From Euryarchaeota archaeon UBA136 (GTDB lineage: Archaea; Thermoplasmatota; Poseidoniia; MGIII; CG-Epi1), in NCBI GenBank assembly GCA_002506485.1, contig DAXQ01000068.1:1-39167 (forward strand): 39,167 nt of DNA, given 5' to 3'. The translations under genes and the position numbers were made by a program. Shown here one piece after another: positions 17,764 to 28,500 of this stretch. A model generated the notes under the pieces. It searched no databases and had not been told where the DNA came from. It saw only the letters and a program-made list of their open reading frames with translations. Positions within the stretch are counted from its first letter, which is position 1. Every line of letters starts with the position of its first letter.

Positions 17764-18486
17764 GATTCTCTCAAATATCTGATTGGACAAATCGGCTATC
17801 TGCTTGGGAGACAAAACCTCGGCCCTCTGGTCCATATGTTCCAAATCCTCTACTTCTAGATTAGGAAAAGTAAGTTTCAAGCAATTTCGAATCTTTTTGC
17901 GTCGATGCATGAAGATGGATTTTACAACTTTCTCGAAATTATCAAAATCTGATAATTCATAATCTGGTGAATGGCGAACCAATCGGACCACCTGTGAATG
18001 CACCTTGGGTTGGGGCTGAAATGCTGTCTTAGAAACTTTGAACAGTTTTGTGGTTTTAGCATAGTGATTGGCCATAACTGATAGACGGCCATAAGTTTTG
18101 GAACCAGGTTTGGCGATAAGCCGATTGGCAAATTCTTCCTGAAACATTAGAATGGCACGGTTCCATTCGAAATCGAATAACCTAAACAGAATTGGGGATG
18201 AAATAGAATAAGGCAGATTAGCTACAATCACCTCAATCTCCGGAATATCAAATTTCAGAATGTCGTCTTCCACTATTTCAGCCAGGTCTGCAAATTTCTG
18301 CTTGAGAACAACCGCTAGCCACTTGTCCTTTTCAACTGCTAATAATTTACCTAAGGGTACCAATCTTTCAGTTAGAACACCGCGTCCAGGCCCTATTTCT
18401 AATATCCTTTCACCATCCTCAATCGATGCTTCAGCAACAATCCGGTCTGCAATCTTTTGATCTATCAGGAAATTTTGACCTAACAT
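17755..18486 (-). CDS. rsmA: 16S rRNA dimethyladenosine transferase KsgA/RsmA
   Basis: LGQNFL.D, LEIGPG.G.LT, VANLPY.ISSP, MFQ.EFA.RL, YGRLSV and F.P.PKV.S. The ORF-track extension to 18642 runs through the tRNA, so the ATG at 18486 was chosen. Confidence 0.93.
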   Translation of the reverse strand: MLGQNFLIDQKIADRIVAEASIEDGERILEIGPGRGVLTERLVPLGKLLAVEKDKWLAVVLKQKFADLAEIVEDDILKFDIPEIEVIVANLPYSISSPILFRLFDFEWNRAILMFQEEFANRLIAKPGSKTYGRLSVMANHYAKTTKLFKVSKTAFQPQPKVHSQVVRLVRHSPDYELSDFDNFEKVVKSIFMHRRKKIRNCLKLTFPNLEVEDLEHMDQRAEVLSPKQIADLSNQIFERISE

Positions 18487-18505
18487 CTTCTGCTTACGGC
18501 GTGAA

Positions 18506-18581
18506 TGGTGGGCCGGGGCGGAATCGAACCGCCGATCTTCGCCTTGTAAGGGCGACGTCATAACCCCTAGACCACCGGCCC
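18506..18581 (-). tRNA. tRNA-Val (anticodon UAC), CCA encoded
   Basis: Reverse complement GGGCCGGTGGTCTAGGGGTTATGACGTCGCCCTTACAAGGCGAAGATCGGCGGTTCGATTCCGCCCCGGCCCACCA. Acceptor stem GGGCCGG/CCGGCCC, anticodon arm TCGCC-CTTACAA-GGCGA, T-loop GTTCGATTC. No intron. Confidence 0.97.
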
Positions 18582-18649
18582 TAGTATGAAAGTATATCTT
18601 GAGGTTCGAGCGTTGTCTAAACACTGTAGTACTAAATGCCATCCCTCAA

Positions 18650-18657
18650 TTATAAAT
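18650..18657 (+). promoter_or_regulatory. TATA box of a probably leaderless pckA transcript
   Basis: TTATAAAT is centred about 27 nt upstream of the ATG at 18680, the typical archaeal TATA-to-start distance. Confidence 0.5.
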
Positions 18658-18679
18658 ACGGTTTCGCGTGCGACCGGAT

Positions 18680-20242
18680 ATGTTCAGTGAGATGGAGCAG
18701 ATGGGTATAATTCCATCCGCTTTACATTGTAATCTTACACAGGATGAATGGAAGGTACTGGAACTTGAAAGAGGCGAAGGAAGACTATCTGATAACAACA
18801 CCGTGATTGTTGATACGGGAATCTATACTGGAAGATCTCCAGACGACCGTTTCATTGTAAAGAGCAAGTCAAACCAACACTTGATTGACTGGGGTGAAAT
18901 TAATCAACCTCTTAGTGAAAAAGCATTTGATGAGATGGAAAAGCTTGTCAAAAACGAGATGAATGGAAAAGAACTTTTTGTTTTTGATGGGTTTGCAGGG
19001 GCCGATAAAAGGTACCAACTTTCACTGAGAGTAGTTACTCTAAAAGCATGGCAAGGACACTTTTCACACAACATGTTCATAAGACCAAACGCTGAAGAAT
19101 TGGAAGATTTTGTTCCTGAATTTACAATCCTGAATGCCTATTCCACAGACGTTGAGAATTGGAAGGAATTGGGGCTCAACTCCAAAGTCTTTATTGTTCT
19201 AAACCTTGACAAGAAAATGGCCATAATAGGAGGAACTGAATATGGTGGGGAGATTAAAAAATCCGTTTTTTCAGCCCTCAATTATTACCTTCCTCTCAAA
19301 GGCGTAATGCCTATGCATTGTTCAGCAAACATAGGAAAGAATGAGGATTCGGCCTTGTTCTTTGGCCTTAGTGGCACGGGCAAGACAACTCTGTCTACAG
19401 ACCCAGATAGGAGATTGATTGGTGATGATGAACACGGATGGTCTGATGAAGGAATCTTCAATTTTGAGGGTGGTTGTTATGCTAAGACAATCAATCTTGA
19501 CCCTGAAAAAGAACCTGATATTTACAATGCCATTAGACCAGGGGCTCTTCTTGAAAACGTCGGTACGGATAAAAATGGGACAGTTGACTATAGTGATGGA
19601 TCCATCACTGAAAATACAAGAGTCTCATATCCTCTCAATTATATTCAGAACATAGAACCCTCAGAGCAGGGGGGACATCCACGCAATGTAATATTTCTAA
19701 CCTGTGATGCTTTTGGTGTTCTTCCTCCAATTTCAAAGTTGACTGTTGAGATGGCCATGTATCATTTTTTGAGCGGATACACGGCAAAAGTCGCCGGTAC
19801 AGAGAGAGGAATCACTGAACCCGTGGCTACTTTTTCAACCTGCTTTGGAGCACCATTCATGCCTCAATACCCGACAACCTATGCTAAACTTCTAGGTAAG
19901 AAACTAAAGAGACACAGGGCCCAGACATGGTTAGTCAACACTGGATGGAGTGGAGGTGCTTATGGTATTGGAAAACGAATAGATTTGCCTATCACCAGAA
20001 GGATGCTATCCGCTATATTGAATAGAGAATTAGAGGATGTAAACTTTGTTCCCGATCCAATTTTCAAGGTCCTGATTCCTGAGTCCGTATCTGGAGTGGA
20101 AAGTAGAATACTAAATCCAAAAAATACCTGGGATGACAAAGAGGCTTACGATAAGAAGGCTGGTGAATTAGTTAAGCTATTCAAAGATAATTTTGTGAAA
20201 TACGAAAGCTTGGGTGACTACGCAAAAGCTGGGCCCGTTTAG
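18680..20242 (+). CDS. pckA: Phosphoenolpyruvate carboxykinase (ATP)
   Basis: [56 protein letters not shown] and TENTRVSYP. Confidence 0.97.
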   Translation: MFSEMEQMGIIPSALHCNLTQDEWKVLELERGEGRLSDNNTVIVDTGIYTGRSPDDRFIVKSKSNQHLIDWGEINQPLSEKAFDEMEKLVKNEMNGKELFVFDGFAGADKRYQLSLRVVTLKAWQGHFSHNMFIRPNAEELEDFVPEFTILNAYSTDVENWKELGLNSKVFIVLNLDKKMAIIGGTEYGGEIKKSVFSALNYYLPLKGVMPMHCSANIGKNEDSALFFGLSGTGKTTLSTDPDRRLIGDDEHGWSDEGIFNFEGGCYAKTINLDPEKEPDIYNAIRPGALLENVGTDKNGTVDYSDGSITENTRVSYPLNYIQNIEPSEQGGHPRNVIFLTCDAFGVLPPISKLTVEMAMYHFLSGYTAKVAGTERGITEPVATFSTCFGAPFMPQYPTTYAKLLGKKLKRHRAQTWLVNTGWSGGAYGIGKRIDLPITRRMLSAILNRELEDVNFVPDPIFKVLIPESVSGVESRILNPKNTWDDKEAYDKKAGELVKLFKDNFVKYESLGDYAKAGPV

Positions 20243-21213
20243 AGAAAATCGGATACCAATTCTCTTTCCGAAACAAGTTCGGCGTTTGTTTTGGCTATTG
20301 CTGCCTTAGCAAACGTATCATGCTCGAAATCTTCAACGATTTCATAATTTCCATGAGAAACCGTTCGGACTGGCATTCCTGCCCATACTCCTTCCGTAAA
20401 TCCGTATTCCCCTTTACTATGGACCACTACTGAATGAATTTTACCGTCAACTGTATCCAAGCTTTGGCAGTGATTAATCAATGCATTGGCCGCAGATGCA
20501 GCGCTTGAAAGACCCCGTGCCTTGATTATGGCTGCCCCTCTCTTTCCGACTGCAGAAATAAACTGGTTCTTCAACCAATCATGATCAGAAATTACCTCTG
20601 TTACTGGGTTGTTCGATATCAATGCGTTTGAAAAGTCTGGAAACATAGTGGGACTATGATTACCAAAAATTGCCATTCGGGACACCTCTGTAACATCCAT
20701 TCCTGCTTTTTCAGCAAGCATTGCAACAGCTCGATTTTGATCGAGACGAGTCATGGCTGTAAAACGTTCTGGACCAAATCTGTCAGATTGTGAGGCAGCG
20801 ATCATACAATTGGTATTGCAGGGATTACCAACGACCACAATGCGACAATTGTCTGCCGCATTGGCTGCGATTGACTTTCCTTGACCGACAAATATTTTTC
20901 CGTTGTCCTTTAACAAATCAGAACGCTCCATGCCTGGCCCCCTAGGCTTGCTTCCAATCAAAAGACAGAGATTTGAACCGCTGAATGCTTCGTCTGGAAC
21001 CGAGGTTACCATCACGTCATCCAAGAGCGGAAAAGCACAGTCCTGTAATTCCATTGCAACGCCTTTCAAGGCATCCAAGGCAGGAGGAATCTCAAGTAAT
21101 TGTAGTGAAACTCTCATTTCAGGGCCAAACATTTCACCAGCTGCTATTCTAGGTAGTAAACTGTAACATATCTGACCTGCAGCCCCAGTTACCGTAATAC
21201 GTGCTGATGACAT
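20239..21213 (-). CDS. mdh: Malate dehydrogenase (dimeric cytosolic/bacterial MDH type 2)
   Basis: [55 protein letters not shown] and RGAAII.ARG.SSAASAA. Start at the ATG at 21213. Confidence 0.96.
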   Translation of the reverse strand: MSSARITVTGAAGQICYSLLPRIAAGEMFGPEMRVSLQLLEIPPALDALKGVAMELQDCAFPLLDDVMVTSVPDEAFSGSNLCLLIGSKPRGPGMERSDLLKDNGKIFVGQGKSIAANAADNCRIVVVGNPCNTNCMIAASQSDRFGPERFTAMTRLDQNRAVAMLAEKAGMDVTEVSRMAIFGNHSPTMFPDFSNALISNNPVTEVISDHDWLKNQFISAVGKRGAAIIKARGLSSAASAANALINHCQSLDTVDGKIHSVVVHSKGEYGFTEGVWAGMPVRTVSHGNYEIVEDFEHDTFAKAAIAKTNAELVSERELVSDFL

Positions 21214-21312
21214 CAAACACTTATGGCGGTGGAGACATAAAATTAACACTGCTATTTACCCCTAATCACCCATAACCCTTTTAGAGCACGTGACTAATAG
21301 GGAGGTATGAAT

Positions 21313-21474
21313 ATGCCCGTCACCGATGTTAAGAAATACGATATCAACAGAAGAATATATCTTCCTAAATGGGTTGAGGAAGAATTAGGGATTAACCCTG
21401 GAGAGTCCTATGTCACCTTTGTTCGAAATGGTGAAGATGTCCTAATCAAGAGAGTAAGCATAAGTATAGCCTAA
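21313..21474 (+). CDS. AbrB/MazE/SpoVT-family small DNA-binding protein (53 aa)
   Basis: Hand translation MPVTDVKKYDINRRIYLPKWVEEELGINPGESYVTFVRNGEDVLIKRVSISIA has the AbrB pattern D...RI.LPK.....LGI.PG. GGAGGT RBS at 21301-21306. Not in the ORF track. Confidence 0.8.
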   Translation: MPVTDVKKYDINRRIYLPKWVEEELGINPGESYVTFVRNGEDVLIKRVSISIA

Positions 21475-22940
21475 ATTGTTTCCTTGAGCCACTGAAGATC
21501 GCTCTGGTAGAGCATTCTAATATCCTTGATACCAAGACGTAACATGGCTAATCTTTCTAAGCCCAATCCCCATGCCAGGACTGGACAATCTATACCAAAA
21601 GGTGCAGTGACCTCAGGACGGAAGATACCTGAACCTCCAAGTTCAAGCCAACTGTCACCAAACTTGACCTCAACTTCCATGGATGGCTCAGTGTATGGAA
21701 AATAAGCTGGACGAACACGAACGTCAGGGAATCCCATTCTACGGTAAAATTCTTTGAGAACTCCTATTAACATACCAAAATTAGCTTCAGGTTCCACTAT
21801 TATGCCCTCAACTTGTGTGAATTCGGGTAAATGCGTTGCATCTAATGCCTCTCGACGAAAGACTCGTCCTACACTGAACACACGAATGGGAGGCTCAGAA
21901 TGCTCGGATAAATATCGAATCGTGCCCACCGTTGTATGGGTTCTCAGAAGCGCTTGCTGAGCTACCTCCCGACTCCAGTCACTACCCCAACCAACTGACT
22001 CTGTTTCACCACCATCCTCATGAATAGCCTTTACTCGATCCATGGTCTCTTCATCGTTTATAACAAATGAGGCTGGCTCTGACAGATAGAATGTATCCTG
22101 CAATTCCCGTGCTGGATGATCCTGTGGAATGAATAGTGCATCCATGTTCCAAAAAGCAGATTCAACATAATCTCCCTCGATTTCAGTGAATCCCATTTGA
22201 AGAAATATGGACCGAATTTCCTCTGTGAAATGTGTCAGGGGATGAAGGGTCGCGTGGTCTGTGGGTTCAACATTGGTATCAAGCCCATATCTCTGGAAGA
22301 CCTTGTCTTTCCAAACACCAGATTGTATCATCTCAGGCGTCAACTCTCCAATAAGATTGTCATCAATACTCTTTAGATCGAAATTCTGGCCGTCAGGAGT
22401 TAGGCTGAACTTTCTAGTGATTTCCTCCCTAGTTTCTAACAGTTGTCTCCCTTTTAGTAAAGTCAGACCCTCTTTGTCAACCTTTTTCTCAGATATGGGC
22501 CGTCGATTCAATAGGACTAATAGAGGCTCATCTGGAGTCTCATTGAGATTTCCTGTTGGAACTAATTTAAGGCCACCCTCCGTCTTTTCCAAGTCTACAA
22601 AGTTTTTCCGTTTCAACCACCCAACAACTACCTTCTTTTCGCCTTCATCCAGTGGTAAATCCTCAATTGGAGATTCTCCAAATTGGTTAAGCCATTCCGC
22701 TGCTCTTCTCTCAGGTAAACCTTCCTCCGCATATTTCTGACCTTCATTATTGGTCAAATAGAATGTTGTAGACTTCTCGGATATCTTCACCAGGCCTTTA
22801 CTTCTAAGCCAGGATGCCGCAGACATTGTCTCCTTTTCACCAAGACCTGATGCTAAAGAGGCCTCTGAAGGAGAAAGAGTGCCTCCTTGCAAAGCTTTGA
22901 GAATTTTTATCTCGTTTGATGATAAGTCCACTTTTACCAT
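21471..22940 (-). CDS. pheS: Phenylalanine--tRNA ligase alpha subunit (archaeal long form)
   Basis: N-terminal wHTH region with GLPE, FWNMDALFIPQDHPARELQDTFY, LLRTHTT, FRREALDATHLPEF.Q.EG, YFPYTEPS and AWGLGLERLAM. Confidence 0.97.
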   Translation of the reverse strand: MVKVDLSSNEIKILKALQGGTLSPSEASLASGLGEKETMSAASWLRSKGLVKISEKSTTFYLTNNEGQKYAEEGLPERRAAEWLNQFGESPIEDLPLDEGEKKVVVGWLKRKNFVDLEKTEGGLKLVPTGNLNETPDEPLLVLLNRRPISEKKVDKEGLTLLKGRQLLETREEITRKFSLTPDGQNFDLKSIDDNLIGELTPEMIQSGVWKDKVFQRYGLDTNVEPTDHATLHPLTHFTEEIRSIFLQMGFTEIEGDYVESAFWNMDALFIPQDHPARELQDTFYLSEPASFVINDEETMDRVKAIHEDGGETESVGWGSDWSREVAQQALLRTHTTVGTIRYLSEHSEPPIRVFSVGRVFRREALDATHLPEFTQVEGIIVEPEANFGMLIGVLKEFYRRMGFPDVRVRPAYFPYTEPSMEVEVKFGDSWLELGGSGIFRPEVTAPFGIDCPVLAWGLGLERLAMLRLGIKDIRMLYQSDLQWLKETI

Positions 22941-22956
22941 TACACTAGGGAGTTTA

Positions 22957-23715
22957 TTAATCTGCTCGAAAGCCGAACGATTCTAACTCTTTTAGTACCT
23001 CTTCAAAGACCTCTTCTGGTTCTTTGTTATTTGTATCCAGTATGATGTCATAACCCTCTAAATTACCATAATCAAAACCGTAAAGGCCGGAGTATCGGTG
23101 CCTATCATCCTCATCCCGGTTCTGGTTCTCCATGAATTGATCTATAACCTCTCCTCCAATATCAAGTACTTGAATTTCGGTTCTTAGCTCTTCTAGATTC
23201 CCATACTTTTTGCTGGGAATCTGACTCTTTCCTGTCTGATAGGCGGCCTCTCCGGATTCCCTACGTAAAAAACGTAGTGCCTGTTCACGAATTGAACATT
23301 GGAAATACAAACGAACGATGTGTTTCTTTCCTAGACTCGCCATAAAACTTCCCATGTAAGCTGGTTGTCGACCTTCAATTACCGCCAAATTTGATTGAAT
23401 TTTATTTCCGGCAATCATTTGGCAGGTTTTGTAGTCTATATCCACGTCAATACCTCTTTCTGTCAGTAGCAAACGTGCCTGTTCAGCAACGGTTATACCT
23501 CTGTTTGCTGCAGCTTCTCTGAAAAGCATTCCCACAGAACGGAAAGCTCCACCAAAATGCTCTGCCAAACTCTCAGCCTGTGTAGATTTACCTGTAAGTT
23601 GGTCTCCAGCAATTAGAATCATAGGTTTCTTGGTGATTGCACTCTTTAATTCATCTATTGAGTTTTCGCCAATGTACTTCCTAAATGCAGCTTCAATTCC
23701 CGAAATATAATCCAC
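22957..23715 (-). CDS. Divergent cytidylate-kinase-like P-loop kinase
   Basis: P-loop GDQLTGKST, S.G.LFRE.A, D..ID, IEGR and RD..D..RY..LYG.D......YD..LDT match archaeal Cmk. It has an N-terminal extension and an internal insertion. Confidence 0.7.
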   Translation of the reverse strand: MDYISGIEAAFRKYIGENSIDELKSAITKKPMILIAGDQLTGKSTQAESLAEHFGGAFRSVGMLFREAAANRGITVAEQARLLLTERGIDVDIDYKTCQMIAGNKIQSNLAVIEGRQPAYMGSFMASLGKKHIVRLYFQCSIREQALRFLRRESGEAAYQTGKSQIPSKKYGNLEELRTEIQVLDIGGEVIDQFMENQNRDEDDRHRYSGLYGFDYGNLEGYDIILDTNNKEPEEVFEEVLKELESFGFRAD

Positions 23716-23755
23716 TACTCTGAGGGCTGAGTGGCAGTATTTACATGTTTTGGGT

Positions 23756-24793
23756 TTAGCAATTAAATGAGGGGTTCAGATGACCTATAAGTGGATCTCC
23801 AAAATCCATTACTCTACCATCCCAATCTTCTTCTGCAACAAGTGCAATTAAACTATTCGGAGCTTCATCAATTATTTTCCACCCTAATTCAGCAGCCAAT
23901 CTATTAGAAAAATCTAACACTTCATCATAAGATAGCATATTTTCCTTACTCAAACGTTTTCGTGCAGGACCTAAATGCATGTATGATTTTACTTCAATCA
24001 TGACTTGCTCTCCAGCTAATCTGATTAATTCAGCATAACCTAAAACATCAAAATCATTCCAACCTTTAACTACAGTCATTCTAAGAACTTTTCTAGTCTT
24101 TAATCCATCCATTAACTTTAGAGTTCCTTTGATTTTATCCCAGAAATTTGGAATTAAAGGAATATCTATTTTCTTCCATGTATCCTCATCCGGAGCATCT
24201 AAGGACATATACAATTGAGTTGGTAATGAATCTTCATCTCTTAGTCTTTCGACCATTTCAGGATGCAATCCATTCGTTACTAAAAATGAAGAAATCTTAC
24301 GGGATCTGAGTTCTCTAAGCATATCTGGAAGACCCTGATACAAAGTGGGCTCACCAGTTAAAGAAATTGCAAAATGTCTAACTGTTTTAGATTCTGTAAA
24401 CTTCTGCTTATCTATTTTTGGATTACCGCCAAATCCTGATAATTTTCTCAAATGACCCTCAATCGATCCTTGAACTATATCTACAGGATTATCCTTAGCA
24501 TATTCCATTAAATCCTGTTTACCTGAAAACATCTCATTTGCTCTCCAACAATAAACACATTTCTGGTCACAAGCTACTGCTGCAGGAGTCATCTGCGTAC
24601 ATTGATGAGAACGAATTCCATAAAATTTCTGTTTATAACAACCACTAGTCTCTTCATTCAAACCTTTCTTCGTCCAACCACATATTTCGACAGCTGAATG
24701 ATTGCCAACTATCTCATAGGATGCATTCTCAAGAGCTTTCTTGTATTCATCCGTGAAAAGAAGATTTCCTTCTTCAGTATTAGATTCCATCAT
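23756..24793 (-). CDS. taw1: 4-demethylwyosine synthase TYW1/Taw1 (radical SAM)
   Basis: HSAV..C.W, CYKQKFYGI.SHQC.QMTP, CDQKCVYCWR, HFAISLTGEPTLY, SSFLVTNG, TQLY.SLDA and EVKSYM. Confidence 0.95.
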   Translation of the reverse strand: MMESNTEEGNLLFTDEYKKALENASYEIVGNHSAVEICGWTKKGLNEETSGCYKQKFYGIRSHQCTQMTPAAVACDQKCVYCWRANEMFSGKQDLMEYAKDNPVDIVQGSIEGHLRKLSGFGGNPKIDKQKFTESKTVRHFAISLTGEPTLYQGLPDMLRELRSRKISSFLVTNGLHPEMVERLRDEDSLPTQLYMSLDAPDEDTWKKIDIPLIPNFWDKIKGTLKLMDGLKTRKVLRMTVVKGWNDFDVLGYAELIRLAGEQVMIEVKSYMHLGPARKRLSKENMLSYDEVLDFSNRLAAELGWKIIDEAPNSLIALVAEEDWDGRVMDFGDPLIGHLNPSFNC

Positions 24794-25533
24794 ATTTCAG
24801 AGAGTTCCCTGACATTTTCCAATTCCCAGGTGTAGTAGGTTAATATAATCGTATAACTTATGCTTTCACTCGTAAGCGGGGTGGTGTCTGCAAGTGCGCT
24901 CTCTGATGTATATGTAAATGTTCCACCCATCCATTCACCACTTTTTTCAAAAGAAGACACAAAAGCATCAGGACTATCTGCAGTATCTGAAACGGTTTCA
25001 GGTAATTGATTAACAGGCCAGACTATTGTTATTGTCCCTCCACCACCTTGACTATTTTGGCTATCACTTGCCGTATTATTCTGTGAAGATACATCAAAAG
25101 TCACTTGGCGACCACCGCCTCCACCCCCGTTTGCATTCCAATCCACTTCCACGTCAAAATGGGAAATGCGCATATTCAAAATATAGTCCCAATCTGCTTC
25201 CTCAACAATATAACCAAAATCAACATAGTCGCCTTGATCTTCTAATGTACCTGAAAAAGAGGGGCCTGAATTCTCTGTAATTATTACATCTGCAGTGAAA
25301 GCCTTGGAGCCGCCTAAGTCCGAAACCATTATCGAATTTGCAGCTGAAGAAAACGTAAACATTAGCATAACAACAATAATCAGGAAACCAGATAGACCAG
25401 AGATTAGACGGCCAGTTATGGTAAAACCTAGCTGGTCAAATCGATATATCTCCTTGTTATTGTAACTTTCAAACCTGGACAGTCCATCCGATATTTTGCC
25501 AGTTATAGATACCGCGTTCTGTTCACGAGCCAT
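24790..25533 (-). CDS. Hypothetical membrane-anchored protein
   Basis: Single TM (LISGLSGFLIIVVMLMFTF) after about 40 aa, then an acidic beta-rich domain with Gly runs. Its stop overlaps the taw1 start. Confidence 0.6.
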   Translation of the reverse strand: MAREQNAVSITGKISDGLSRFESYNNKEIYRFDQLGFTITGRLISGLSGFLIIVVMLMFTFSSAANSIMVSDLGGSKAFTADVIITENSGPSFSGTLEDQGDYVDFGYIVEEADWDYILNMRISHFDVEVDWNANGGGGGGRQVTFDVSSQNNTASDSQNSQGGGGTITIVWPVNQLPETVSDTADSPDAFVSSFEKSGEWMGGTFTYTSESALADTTPLTSESISYTIILTYYTWELENVRELSEI

Positions 25534-25578
25534 CGTTGACTCATTTAAGTTGGGCTTATTTAGTTTTCAGTTATCTTT

Positions 25579-28500
25579 CTACGAACAACCGGTCGTTGCT
25601 CCACAGTTTACGCATTTCAGACAACTACCATTTGCAACAAGAGTAAACTGGCCACATTCAGGGCAAGGATCTCCCACAAAACCAAACTTTTCAGCCTCCT
25701 TAACAGTTGAATCATCACCGGAAATAGTGGGTGCTGTAGCTAGCTCTGGTATATTGGTCTGGGAAATCGATGTGTCTGCCATGGCAGAATCCATATCATC
25801 CAATGTCAGTTGTATCTCATGGCCATCAGTTGCATTTCCAGCTGGGCTGAGACCTGAACTTAGATTCTGTTCTGTCTCGGCTTCGCCATCACTCCGAACT
25901 ATATCTGGCTGCAAGTCTTCCGGTTTTACGTGTGCCAAATCTTCACGATTCAGATAACTGACAGCAAGGTCACGGAAAATATAGTCAATAATACTGGTTG
26001 CCATTTTAATTCTATCATTTCCAATAACTGGGCCATTAGGCTCAAATCGGTTGAAGATAAATGCATCCACAAACTCAGTTAGTGGAACTCCATGTTGTAG
26101 ACCTAGGCTAACTGCAATCGCAAATGCGTTCGTCAAAGCCTTGAATGCTGCTCCCTCTTTATGCATATCAATGAATATCTCTCCCAGAGTTCCATCAACA
26201 TATTCTCCAGTATGGAGGTAAACATTGTGACCTCCAATCTTTGCTTTCTGAATATAGCCACCACGCCTATTCGGTAAACGTCTTCTTTGGGCAATATATC
26301 GAGTGACCACTTTGTGGGCCAAAGGTTTGGCATCTGGAATCGGCAGGGCCTCAGCCATTACTTCAACTGCCTGTTCAGTGCTCATCAAGCCTTCTGCCAT
26401 CAACTCATCTTCCTGAACATCTACTTTTAGAACCGTACCTGACATCAATGGTTGGCTCAATTTTGAACCATCTCTATACAAGGCATTGGCCTTTATCATG
26501 GACCTCCAAGAATCCATGTAAGCTTGTTTGATATCCTCAATAGTGGACTCATGAGGCATATTGATTGTCTTGGAGATAGCTCCGGAGATGAATGGCTGGG
26601 CCGCTGCCATCATATTGATATGAGCATTCCAGGAAATGAAACGCTTACCATACTTGCCACATTTGTTTGCACAGTCAAAGACCGCCAAGTCTTTTTCCTT
26701 GATATGAGGGGCGCCTTCTATTGTTAGTCTGCCAAATATATAGTCATTAGCCGCTTCTATCTGCTCTTTTGTAAAGCCCAGATGGGAAAGTAAACTAAAG
26801 TCCAATTCTTCAAGATGAGGATCTTCGACACGCAATTTCTGTTTGCAAAAATCATGCCCAACCAATGACGGAGTAATCAGTAAACTGAGTGATGTGAAAC
26901 GATCTATTTGTGATTCTATTGAATCAATAACCTCTGGAGTAAGGCCCTTTCTCTTCAATGATTCCCTATTTATCTCCGGCGAACCTTCAAATGTTCCAAA
27001 TCCTATAACATAGTCAACAATTTCCTTAGATTGAGAGACATCATAACCAAGGCGATTCAGAGCTAATGGTACCGATTGATTGATTATCCGTAACATTCCC
27101 CCTCCTGCTAAGGTCTTGAATTTAACGAGAGCAAAATCAGGTTCAATTCCTGTAGTGTCACAATCCATCACAATACCGATAGTCCCAGTAGGCGCAATGA
27201 CCGTGGATTGAGCATTTCGAAAACCGTTTTCTTCTCCTAAATCAACAGCTAAATCCCAAGAATCCCTTGCAGCACTGAGCAAATACTCTGGGCAGTAATT
27301 AGGGTCAATTCCCCTTGGCTTTACAGTGAGTCCCTCATAATCCTCATCTGGTGTTGTATAAGCTGCTCTTCTATGATTTCGGATAACACGTTGCATATTC
27401 TCCTTGTTATGCTCGTATCTCGGGAAAGGACCTTTAATAGAAGCCATCTCGGCACTAGTTGCATAGGAGATTCCACCTAATACTGACGTAAGTGCACCGC
27501 AAATGGCAGATGCTCGATTATCATCATATGGTATCCCCATTCGCATCAGAAGAGAACCAATGTTAGCATAGCCTAATCCCAACGTTCTATAATCATAACT
27601 ACGCTGCGCAATCTCTTTCGAAGGAAATTGGGCCATAAGAACTGATATTTCAAGAGTAACTGTCCAGAGACGAATGGCATGACTGTATTCTTCAGTCTTA
27701 AATTGGGTTGATTCATCATCATAGAATTTAACAAGATTCAAACTAGCCAGATTGCAAGCTGTATCATCCAAGAACATGTACTCTGAACAGGGATTACTGC
27801 CATTTATCTTTCCATCTGGTAAACAAGTGTGCCACTCATTGATAGTCGTGTCGTATTGAAGTCCTGGATCTGCACAAGACCAAGCCGCCCGGGCTATACT
27901 ATCCCAAAGTTTGTTTGCTGGAAGTGTTTTAGATGGTTTTGGGTCACGGCCTTCGCTCTCTGCATCCTCGAGTTCGGTCCTCCAGTACAAATTCCAGTCA
28001 CTTTCACCTATGACAGCTTGCATGAAGTCATTGCTGACCCTTACCGAATTGTTACTATTCTGGCCTGAAACTGTAGCATATGCATCCCCTTCCCATGAAG
28101 TATTGTAAGTATCAATCTCGATATGGGTATAGCCCTGTTCTCCCAAATCCAGAACGCGGGCAATCAAATTATCTGGGACATAGGCCTTCAAAGCTGAATT
28201 AATCGATTTAGCCAGTGATTTGTTCACTGACTGATCAAAACGTGACCCATCATCAGGGTGGGCCTGGATTGCAGCCAGTATCTCATTACCATGATTTTGA
28301 AGATGCTGGGAACCAGCTACCAAAGCCGCAACCTTCTCCTCCTCTGTCAGCTTCCAATTAATGAAATTCTCAATATCTGGATGATCCATATCCAGGCAAA
28401 CCATCTTGGCCGCCCGGCGAGTGGTCCCACCAGATTTTATTGCACCGGCAGCCCGATCCCCGATTCTCAAGAAAGACATCAGGCCTGAGGACATTCCGCC

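Noticed and set aside
18487-18642. 52-aa N-terminal extension of KsgA in the ORF track
   Set aside because: It spans a complete tRNA-Val and is not KsgA-like except for the last few basic residues. Not used as the gene start; discussed as a finding.
13581-22940. pheT and pheS separated and on opposite strands
   Set aside because: Both genes are intact, and unlinked pheS/pheT occur in archaea. This is an ordinary rearrangement.
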